A stretch of DNA of 64,000 nucleotides from an uncultured Gammaproteobacteria bacterium (GTDB lineage Bacteria; Pseudomonadota; Gammaproteobacteria; Magnimaribacterales; Magnimaribacteraceae), in the NCBI GenBank assembly GCA_964342745.1, contig CAYFFW010000005.1, forward strand, positions 1,046 through 65,045, in the 5' to 3' direction. The position numbers were made by a program, and so were the translations under genes. Of the stretch, positions 56,805 through 64,000 are shown piece after piece. The stretch's first letter is position 1, and the number at the start of each line of letters is the position of its first letter. The notes under the pieces were generated by a model. That model was given only the letters and a program-made list of their open reading frames with translations. It did not search any database and was not told the origin of the DNA.

Positions 56805-57358
56805 TTCTTATACTTTTCTTGAAATTCTATCCATGCTGGAACTGATTCAGGTATATCTGCTGGAACTTTTCCATCTGCACCATTTACTCTTAAGGTCTCC
56901 GTTAAATTTTCTACATATTCAGAAGTTTTAACATAGTAAAAGAAACTTATAGTTCTTTTCGAGAATTTCCATTTTCCTTCCTTGTTTGAATATTCATCGT
57001 CATATCTCATTGCTGCAAGGCTAGCTATTCCATCTCTAGTAGTCTCTGCGTGACTGTAGACAGTTCCTGAAGCTTTGGAAGGGTTGTCGGAACTAATTTC
57101 AACCCTTACATCATGCGTCCAATGAAAAGAAGGGCCTCTAGTTTGAAAAACTTCTTTATACATTTCTATAATATTTTGTCGCCCTTTACTACTTAACATT
57201 CCATTAGGTGAATTAAATTCAGCTTCTTTTGTAAAAAGACCTTCTAAATACTTTAAGTCTTGTTGATCACAAGCTTCAGCATATTCAGAGACTAGCGTTT
57301 TAATATCTTCTTTTGATTCCAATCTATCTAGTCTTAATGCTATCTCTTCTATATTCAT
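56801..57358 (-). CDS. NTF2-fold (SnoaL-like) protein
   Basis: 185 aa with a SnoaL_4-like pattern. Its stop overlaps the Rieske gene start by 4 nt. Confidence 0.65.
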   Translation of the reverse strand: MNIEEIALRLDRLESKEDIKTLVSEYAEACDQQDLKYLEGLFTKEAEFNSPNGMLSSKGRQNIIEMYKEVFQTRGPSFHWTHDVRVEISSDNPSKASGTVYSHAETTRDGIASLAAMRYDDEYSNKEGKWKFSKRTISFFYYVKTSEYVENLTETLRVNGADGKVPADIPESVPAWIEFQEKYKK

Positions 57359-57376
57359 GTGAAAGATTAATGTGTT

Positions 57377-57895
57377 TTAGAATTTAGATGAAGTGGAGGC
57401 AGATAAAATCTCTATCCAATAACCATCAGGGTCTTTAATAAAGGCAAGTCCTTTCATATTTCCATCATCTGGTCTTTTTACAAACTCTACCCCAAGATTC
57501 TCAAATCTCTCACTCGCAGCATAAACATCTGGAACTGTTATGCCTATGTGCCCAAATCCTCTAGGGTCAGAATTACCATCATGATAGTTAAAGGAATCAT
57601 CTTTTTCTGTCCCCCAATTATGCGTAAGTTCAATCAAGGCCTTTTGAGAAAAAACATATTCTGTTCTATCTACAGGGTCATCTGGTACTGTCCCATCTTC
57701 TTCTCGAAGGTAGCCTAAGAAGAAAAGTGTAAATTCCATATCAGGAAAGTCTAGCCTTTTTAGAAGTGTCATACCTAAGACATTTACATAAAATTCTAAG
57801 GAAATATCAGGGTCTTTAATCCTCATCATAGTTTGATTCATGATGAACTCTTCAGTACCCTCAGCGTTTGGTTTATCTAGTTCATTTATACTCAT
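57377..57895 (-). CDS. gloA: lactoylglutathione lyase (glyoxalase I), long form
   Basis: [18 protein letters not shown] and THNWGTE...[12 protein letters not shown] resemble the long GLO1-type enzymes. Confidence 0.85.
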   Translation of the reverse strand: MSINELDKPNAEGTEEFIMNQTMMRIKDPDISLEFYVNVLGMTLLKRLDFPDMEFTLFFLGYLREEDGTVPDDPVDRTEYVFSQKALIELTHNWGTEKDDSFNYHDGNSDPRGFGHIGITVPDVYAASERFENLGVEFVKRPDDGNMKGLAFIKDPDGYWIEILSASTSSKF

Positions 57896-57985
57896 TTTTA
57901 TACCTTTTTTATTTAAATTCGTTGTTATAAAAGCCTTAATAGGATAAATTACAGATGTTATTTTATCTAATAATGGGGGAAAAAT

Positions 57986-60136
57986 ATGCTTAACGCATCA
58001 AGAAATATCTTTTTTATACTATTTTTAAGCTTAATTGCCTTTCCTTTCTCTTTTTTAGCAGCTGATGAAAGCGCTGATTCTATTGAAGAAGTAGTTGTTA
58101 CTGCTAGAAAAAGAGAGGAGAGTCTATTGGATATTCCTGAATCAGTATCTGCTATTTCAGGGGCGGCAATAGATCGTCAAAATATCAAAGGTTTAGACAA
58201 AATAGGACTAGCTGTACCTAACTTAAACTTAGCCATGAGAACTGATGGTTATCCCAATGTTTCAATTAGAGGTATAGGTGCTTTTGGACTAACACAAGGA
58301 GTTGGGTTCTACTTAGATGATGTTCAATTATTCGCTGATGCATCTTCTAGGTTTGGAGATTTAGAAAGAATAGAAATTCTTAAAGGTCCGCAAGGAACCC
58401 TTTACGGTGGAAGCAACATTGGTGGAGCTATCAAATACGTAAGTAAACGTCCTACTTCAGATGAAATGTCTGGAAGGGTTAAGTTACTAGGTGGAGATCA
58501 AGGGGTTCTTGATGTCGAAGCTTCGGTAAATATTCCGACTACTAACGATTGGGCAATACGCTTATTCGTTTTCTCTAGAGAAGATGATGGTTTTATGACA
58601 AATCCAAACTCTGACAACATAGATAATCAAGATCCAGATGTTGGGGCCTATGATGAAAGTGGAGGTCGTATCTCAATAGCTGGTTCATTATCAGACAATC
58701 TATCTTTATACGCTTCCTATAGATTCAATGAGTATGATGGTCCTGTTAACAATTGGGCAAGGGAATTAGGAACACCTCCTGATATGACTTATCCAAAAAC
58801 TTTAGATGCAGGTCTTAATTCTTCTCATGACAGAGAAACTACAGGAGCTAAACTAGAGTTAGTTTGGGAGATGGATGGTTTTGACTTAACTTCGATAACT
58901 TCTTACACAGATACAGAAAGTACACGTATTACTGATGTAGACCTTACTCAGTTTTGGTTTATGAACACTTACAGGCCTGAAGAAATGGAAGTAACTACTC
59001 AAGAGATTCGTTTAACTTCTACCACTGATAGTAATTTTCAATGGATTGGGGGTATTTACCTTTCTACTTATGAAAACAGAATGGATTCATACTTGGATTT
59101 CGGTCCTGGAATAATACTTCCTGATGCAAGCTTTCAATTACCTTTTGAACTTAGAGACGAAGAGAACACTCATCGTGCAGCATTTGGAAATGTTTCTTAT
59201 GAAGTTGGTGAATGGAGGTATGACTTAGGTCTTAGAGTGGATAAATGGGAAGAAGATGAAGACAATCTAGACTCTGCAAGTAATGGCGCTATTCACAGTG
59301 GTGTTATTAACGACACTGAGGTTTTACCTAGAATATCGATAACAAGAAATCTTGGAGATTCAATTGTTTACTTTACTTCTTCTAAAGGCTATGAGCCTGG
59401 CGGTCTTAATGGAAGTACACCGATATTTAGTCCCAGTGGAGCTCCAACTTTATTGGCTTTTTCAGCTGAAGAAGCTAACCAACAAGAAATTGGTTGGAAA
59501 GGTACACTTGCGGATGGAAGAGCATCCTTATCTGCAGCCTATTTCAGTATAGATTACAAAGATAGGGCTTATCAGATATTAACTGCCAATCCTAATGGTC
59601 CAGGTTTAATTGAGGGTATTACTAATGTAGGTGATACAGAACAATCTGGATTTGAGATTGATTTGTCGGTTAAAGCAACAGATAACTTAACTTTGTCCCT
59701 AGCAGCTGGTTGGCTTGATGCAGAATGGGATGATGGAACTGTTATGCCTGACGGAACTGATCTGAGTGGCTTAACCCCAGCAAACGTTATTGATAACAGC
59801 TTTACAGTTGCTGCGAGTTATTACATACCTGCAGCTAACGGAGCAGATGTGACAGTTGACCTTCAGTGGAATCATAATGGACAGGGCATGAGTATGCCTC
59901 CTTGGGATTCAATTAAAAACCCAAGCCATAATGTAGTAAATCTCCAAATAGGAATGATAAATGGACCTTGGGAGTTCGCGTTAAATATGGATAATTTAAC
60001 GGATGAAGAATACTACACTGATCTTGAGAACTTCCCCAATTTTGTTGAAGGCATTGTTGATAATGCTCCTGGCATAATAATTGGAACTCACGGTCATCCA
60101 AGAATCTATTCAGCGAGTTTAAGCTACAACTTTTAA
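57986..60136 (+). CDS. TonB-dependent receptor
   Basis: Signal peptide, TonB box [11 protein letters not shown], plug motif [27 protein letters not shown] and C-terminal F. Confidence 0.9.
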   Translation: MLNASRNIFFILFLSLIAFPFSFLAADESADSIEEVVVTARKREESLLDIPESVSAISGAAIDRQNIKGLDKIGLAVPNLNLAMRTDGYPNVSIRGIGAFGLTQGVGFYLDDVQLFADASSRFGDLERIEILKGPQGTLYGGSNIGGAIKYVSKRPTSDEMSGRVKLLGGDQGVLDVEASVNIPTTNDWAIRLFVFSREDDGFMTNPNSDNIDNQDPDVGAYDESGGRISIAGSLSDNLSLYASYRFNEYDGPVNNWARELGTPPDMTYPKTLDAGLNSSHDRETTGAKLELVWEMDGFDLTSITSYTDTESTRITDVDLTQFWFMNTYRPEEMEVTTQEIRLTSTTDSNFQWIGGIYLSTYENRMDSYLDFGPGIILPDASFQLPFELRDEENTHRAAFGNVSYEVGEWRYDLGLRVDKWEEDEDNLDSASNGAIHSGVINDTEVLPRISITRNLGDSIVYFTSSKGYEPGGLNGSTPIFSPSGAPTLLAFSAEEANQQEIGWKGTLADGRASLSAAYFSIDYKDRAYQILTANPNGPGLIEGITNVGDTEQSGFEIDLSVKATDNLTLSLAAGWLDAEWDDGTVMPDGTDLSGLTPANVIDNSFTVAASYYIPAANGADVTVDLQWNHNGQGMSMPPWDSIKNPSHNVVNLQIGMINGPWEFALNMDNLTDEEYYTDLENFPNFVEGIVDNAPGIIIGTHGHPRIYSASLSYNF

Positions 60137-60155
60137 GTTGTTCTAATTCTCTTTT

Positions 60156-60190
60156 AAGGGCCTCCTTTTTTGAAGGAGGTCCTTTCGTTT
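60156..60190 (+). terminator. intrinsic terminator after the TBDR
   Basis: AAGGGCCTCCTT-TTTTG-AAGGAGGTCCTT followed by TCGTTT. Confidence 0.7.
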
Positions 60191-60247
60191 GGGATCTAAG
60201 AAGATTAGTTATTAATTTGAGATTTCACTCTAGGTAAATATTAATTG

Positions 60248-60292
60248 CACTTATAGTAAAGTAATAATAGTCTACTTAAGGCAATTTGCGTG
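60248..60292 (+). promoter_or_regulatory. conserved upstream element (copy 1)
   Basis: The ordered blocks ACTT, TAAAGTAA, TAATA, GTCT, CTT, GGCA and TTTG are shared with 63428-63474. Its 3' part AGGCAATTTGCGT matches 9525-9537 at 12/13 positions. Confidence 0.35.
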
Positions 60293-60308
60293 TAAGGGAG
60301 GAATAATT

Positions 60309-60758
60309 ATGAGTGATGTAGAACATAAAGACGCATTAAAAGGTAGGTATGTACAAATAGATGGTAATGAATGGAAACCATTCCCACCGCCATTAGCTGT
60401 AGGAGGAATTACTTGGAAGCTATTGAATGTCTCACCAGAGATGGGTTCCTGGGCAGCAATTTTTGATTGTCCTGAAGGATCTTCTTTTCATAGACACATT
60501 CACATAGGACCTGGAGAGTATTTTTTAACCAAAGGTAAAATGAATGTAAGAGGTGGAGATGACGAAGGAGGAGCAACAGCTGTAGCTCCTGGATATGGCT
60601 ATGAACCTTGTAATGCAAGGCATGACGAGACACATTTCTTAGAAGATAGTGAATTTTATATGACTTTTCTAGGACCTCTTCATTTTATTGATGAAGAAGG
60701 CAACACCGTAGCAGTTGTTACTTGGCAAGATGCCCAAGCTGCTTGGGAAGCTAGTTAA
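60309..60758 (+). CDS. cupin domain protein (ChrR-like cupin)
   Basis: 149 aa with the metal motif HRHIHIGPGEYFLTKG. Confidence 0.7.
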   Translation: MSDVEHKDALKGRYVQIDGNEWKPFPPPLAVGGITWKLLNVSPEMGSWAAIFDCPEGSSFHRHIHIGPGEYFLTKGKMNVRGGDDEGGATAVAPGYGYEPCNARHDETHFLEDSEFYMTFLGPLHFIDEEGNTVAVVTWQDAQAAWEAS

Positions 60759-60820
60759 AAACTAAGAATTTCTTATAATTCTATTTTTATAACTCTTTTT
60801 TAGGAGGGAGAGCTTTTGGT

Positions 60821-62203
60821 TTGAAAGATAATGTATTAAAAGAATTAAGAAATTTCTTGCCCCAAAAAGCTTTTTTATTGAATGAAGAGGCTTTAGAAAG
60901 ATCAGCAGGAGGCTTACATACGGAAGAGCCTATCAAGGCAGAAGCTATAGTTAGGCCCGAGAATACAGAAGAAGTTTCAAAAATCTTAAGATTATGCAAT
61001 AAACATGAACAACAGGTAGTGGTTCATGGTGGATTAACTGGCTTAGTTTATGGTACAAGAACTTCTTCTGAGCAACTTATTCTTTCACTTGAAAGAATGA
61101 ATCAAGTAGAAGAAGTAGATTCAATTGGAAGAACCATAGCTTGCCAATCTGGGGTTACTTTACAAACTATTCAAGAAAGAGCTGAATCTGAAAATATGAT
61201 TTTTCCTTTAGATCTTGGAGCTAGAGGGTCCTGCTCTATTGGAGGTAATATTTCTACAAATGCAGGAGGAAACAGAGTGATACGCTATGGCATGACAAGA
61301 GATTCAGTTCTTGGCATAGAAGCTGTCATGCCAGATGGAACAATACTATCCTCAATGAATCGAATGATTAAAAATAATGCAGGTTATGATTTGAAACAAC
61401 TTTTCATTGGCACTGAAGGCACTTTGGGTGTTGTAACAAGGTGTGTTCTAAGGCTAAGAGAGGCTCCAATTAGTCAGAATACTGCTTTGGTAGGCATAAA
61501 AGAATTCTCTTCTATTATTAAGTTCTTAAAACACATCGATTCTGGATTAGGAGGTAACATGAGCGCTTACGAGGTCATGTGGAAAGAATTTTATGAAATG
61601 GTCACAAATGACTTAGAAGAGAAATCCTTACCACTTAAGAGAAATATTCCATTTTATATCTTAGTGGAGTCTATGGGGTCTGATCAGAATAAAGATGAGG
61701 AGCACTTTGAACTTTTATTAAACAAAGCATTTGAAGAAGAGTTAATTACGGATGCTGTTCTAGCTAAATCTGAGAAAGAAAGATTATCTTTATGGGCTTT
61801 AAGAGATGATGTAGAGAAACAAGCTCAGTACGGACCAACAGTTATGTTTGATGTGAGCTTGCCTATAAATAGCATGGAAAACTATGTTTCAGAAGTTAAT
61901 AAAAATCTACAAAATCATTGGAATGATTTTCATCATATAGTCTGGGGCCACTTAGCAGATGGCAATTTACACTTAGTGGTAGGAACTGGAAATTTAGATA
62001 CCAGTATTATTAAAAAAATAGAAAGTTCTGTTTATGAACCTTTAAAAGATATTGGAGGTTCTGTATCAGCAGAGCATGGAATAGGAATAGAAAAAAAAGA
62101 TTATCTACATCTTAGTAGAAGCAAGGAAGAAATAAATTATATGAAAGCCCTTAAAAAAACCTTTGATCCTAAGGGCATCCTTAATAAAGGTTTAATTTTT
62201 TAA
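60821..62203 (+). CDS. FAD-binding oxidoreductase (GlcD / D-2-hydroxyacid dehydrogenase-like)
   Basis: PCMH-type FAD domain (VVHGGLTGLV, GGNISTNAGG) and a C-terminal FAD-linked oxidase domain (SAEHGIG). TTG start, which is not certain. Confidence 0.85.
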   Translation: MKDNVLKELRNFLPQKAFLLNEEALERSAGGLHTEEPIKAEAIVRPENTEEVSKILRLCNKHEQQVVVHGGLTGLVYGTRTSSEQLILSLERMNQVEEVDSIGRTIACQSGVTLQTIQERAESENMIFPLDLGARGSCSIGGNISTNAGGNRVIRYGMTRDSVLGIEAVMPDGTILSSMNRMIKNNAGYDLKQLFIGTEGTLGVVTRCVLRLREAPISQNTALVGIKEFSSIIKFLKHIDSGLGGNMSAYEVMWKEFYEMVTNDLEEKSLPLKRNIPFYILVESMGSDQNKDEEHFELLLNKAFEEELITDAVLAKSEKERLSLWALRDDVEKQAQYGPTVMFDVSLPINSMENYVSEVNKNLQNHWNDFHHIVWGHLADGNLHLVVGTGNLDTSIIKKIESSVYEPLKDIGGSVSAEHGIGIEKKDYLHLSRSKEEINYMKALKKTFDPKGILNKGLIF

Positions 62204-62213
62204 CAAATTTTAT

Positions 62214-63230
62214 ATGAAAGAAAAAAAAGCTAAGCTAAGTTCTTCGAAAACTTTTTCTATTCTTTCATCAAAGGAAAAGGCTAATTGGGAAAATATACTT
62301 GGTAAAGATTTTATTTCTGAAGCTAACTTAAGAAAAACTTCCTCTTTAAAAATGGACTATGAATTGGAATTAGGCCACATTGGAGAGCTTAGAGTAGTAA
62401 AGTCTAAGATAAAAATAGATGAACCTCGTGAACTCGTTACTGATTTTGATTTTTCAAAAAAAGAAAAGAAGATAGATATTTTACAAGAATTTTATGTCTT
62501 GAAAGGTCAAGTGCAAGTAAACTTTAAAACTAAAAAAGTCTTGTTGGAATCTGGTGACATATTAGTCATTGATAATACAGATTTACCTAGTTCAATAAAA
62601 ATACTTCAAGACACAGACATAATAAGCATTTACATGCCCTTGTCCTTGGTTAAAAGTTGGATTCCTAGAATTTGGGAAAACCTTGAAAGTAAAGTAATTA
62701 AATTTCCTGGAGATTCATCTGTGTTGCTTGGAAAATACTTATCTTTAGTAGCTGATTTCGCAATTAAGGTATCCAATAAAGAAAAAGGAGAAAGTTATCA
62801 GCCAAAAGCAATTATTCCTTTGATTATGGCTAACTTATCTATGTTAGTTTTTGCTTTAGGTGATTTAGAAGAAGAAAAGCCTTCTAGGATTAAAGATATT
62901 CAGCTTGATGCAGCTAAACAATTTATGCTAACTCATATGTCAGATTCTTCTCTTTCTCCTAAGATAATTTCAGAAGAATTGGGAATATCTGTTCGTTATT
63001 TACACTGGATTTTTAAAGAATCAAAAGAACAAGAAACTGTTTCCCAATATCTAACTAGAAAAAGATTGGAACTAGCGCAACTTTTATTAGCTACTTCAAA
63101 TAATTCTTTATACAGCGTTACTGAAGTAGCTTTTATGTGTGGTTTTAATGACAGTACTCATTTTAGTAGGAGATTTAAACAAGGAGTTGGTATATCTCCT
63201 TCTCAATATAGGATTAATAATCTTAGCTAA
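62214..63230 (+). CDS. AraC-family transcriptional regulator
   Basis: C-terminal double HTH (VAFMCGFNDSTHFSRRFKQGVGISPSQYR). Confidence 0.88.
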   Translation: MKEKKAKLSSSKTFSILSSKEKANWENILGKDFISEANLRKTSSLKMDYELELGHIGELRVVKSKIKIDEPRELVTDFDFSKKEKKIDILQEFYVLKGQVQVNFKTKKVLLESGDILVIDNTDLPSSIKILQDTDIISIYMPLSLVKSWIPRIWENLESKVIKFPGDSSVLLGKYLSLVADFAIKVSNKEKGESYQPKAIIPLIMANLSMLVFALGDLEEEKPSRIKDIQLDAAKQFMLTHMSDSSLSPKIISEELGISVRYLHWIFKESKEQETVSQYLTRKRLELAQLLLATSNNSLYSVTEVAFMCGFNDSTHFSRRFKQGVGISPSQYRINNLS

Positions 63231-63336
63231 TTCAGTCGGTTTTCTTTTTAAGTCAACACTCCTTACATTTTCTGACAGGTTTTTTTTGTTTACAAGAATA
63301 CAATTGCTTCGCTAGTTTTTCCCCAAAAGCTCAGTA

Positions 63337-63370
63337 GAAGGCTTCTTTTATTTTGAGAAGCCTTTTTTTT
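63337..63370 (+). terminator. intrinsic terminator
   Basis: AAGGCTTC...GAAGCCTT stem followed by a T8 run, about 105 nt after the AraC stop. Confidence 0.65.
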
Positions 63371-63427
63371 GCTTAAAAACCTTTAGTTATAAAGTAATCA
63401 GGAGTTTTTTACACTTAAATCCAAATA

Positions 63428-63474
63428 GACTTGCATTTAAAGTAAGGATAATAAAGTCTGTCTTGGGCATTTTG
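63428..63474 (+). promoter_or_regulatory. conserved upstream element (copy 2)
   Basis: Same ordered blocks as 60248-60288, 55 nt upstream of the TBDR start. Confidence 0.35.
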
Positions 63475-63528
63475 TTAGTTAAGAATTAAGCATTTTGCTT
63501 TTTAGTCTTTAATTTTGGGGGGGCCAAT

Positions 63529-64000
63529 ATGAGTAAATTTCATAAGCTGAACATTAGTATATTGTCAGCAATAAGTTTGTTAATTTTTCCTAGCATCTTT
63601 ACTTCTAGCATAGAAGCAGCAGATACAGTTGATGAGGTAGTTGTTACAGCAAGGAAAAGAGAAGAAAGTCTTTTAGATATTCCTGAATCTGTTCAAGCTA
63701 TCGGGGGTTCTGATATCAATAGACAAAATATTAAGAGTCTAGAGGATGTGGGGTTTTTAATACCTAACCTTAACCTTTCTCCAAGAGCAGATGGTTTTCC
63801 TAACGTTTCAATTAGGGGCCTAGGATCTTTTGGAAACACTCAAGGTGTAGGTTTTTATTTAGATGATGTTCAAGTTTTTTCTGATGCTTCTTCTAGATTT
63901 GGAGATCTAGAAAGAATTGAAGTATTGAAAGGACCTCAAGGAACTTTGTACGGGGGTAGTAATATAGGAGGAGCAATCAAGTTTGTTAGCGCTAGACCAG
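63529..64000 (+). CDS. TonB-dependent receptor (5' part, truncated by the window end)
   Basis: Not in the ORF track because no stop is reached. My translation from the ATG at 63529, which follows GGGGGGG, reads MSKFHKLNISILS...[22 protein letters not shown]...[26 protein letters not shown]. This is roughly three-quarters identical by eye to the N-terminus of the 57986 receptor. Confidence 0.85.
   Translation, partial: MSKFHKLNISILSAISLLIFPSIFTSSIEAADTVDEVVVTARKREESLLDIPESVQAIGGSDINRQNIKSLEDVGFLIPNLNLSPRADGFPNVSIRGLGSFGNTQGVGFYLDDVQVFSDASSRFGDLERIEVLKGPQGTLYGGSNIGGAIKFVSARP

Noticed and set aside
60309-60758. Cupin considered as a DMSP lyase of the DddK/DddQ/DddW type.
   Set aside because: The metal motif here is HxHxxxxEY. 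The cupin DMSP lyases, as I recall them, have HxHxxxExY with the catalytic Tyr two residues after the Glu. The spacing does not match and there is no other support.

Overview
This is an AT-rich, tightly packed bacterial chromosome segment. Many adjacent genes share 1-8 nt overlaps and intergenic spacers are short. The first ~23 kb is a housekeeping block with the gammaproteobacterial order tig-clpP-clpX-lon-hupB-ppiD, followed by fabI, mltD, rnhA, dnaQ and gltX, and it is interrupted by a TonB-dependent receptor (TBDR) and an Opp/Dpp-type binding-protein/permease set. The remaining ~40 kb is mostly accessory catabolic genes organised around three more TBDRs, so the window holds four, the last truncated at the window end. 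These genes include amidohydrolases, SDRs, a PhyH-family dioxygenase, a 1122-aa single-chain biotin carboxylase-BCCP-carboxyltransferase, a Rieske oxygenase, cupins, a Gfo/Idh/MocA-aldo/keto-reductase fusion, an MFS symporter and an AraC regulator. The tesA/ybbA/ybbP trio, yciB and gloA are also present. Three tRNAs were read by eye: Arg-TCT, His-GTG and Ala-GGC. The synteny, low GC, compaction and TBDR density suggest a streamlined marine gammaproteobacterium of the SAR86 type; this is inference only. No CRISPR array, transposase, integrase, prophage or recognisable defence genes were seen. The best candidates for something undescribed are three. First, a six-gene block at 44166-47952 of signal-peptide and membrane proteins built around a class-II-like c-type cytochrome, sitting in a long co-directional operon behind a TBDR. 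Second, a ~215-nt non-coding unit at 23124-23337 with its own phased-A-tract/-35/-10 promoter and intrinsic terminator, carrying GGA motifs. Third, conserved non-coding sequence blocks shared between several TBDR-associated upstream regions. All functional calls rest on motifs recognised by eye in the supplied translations; no database search was run.
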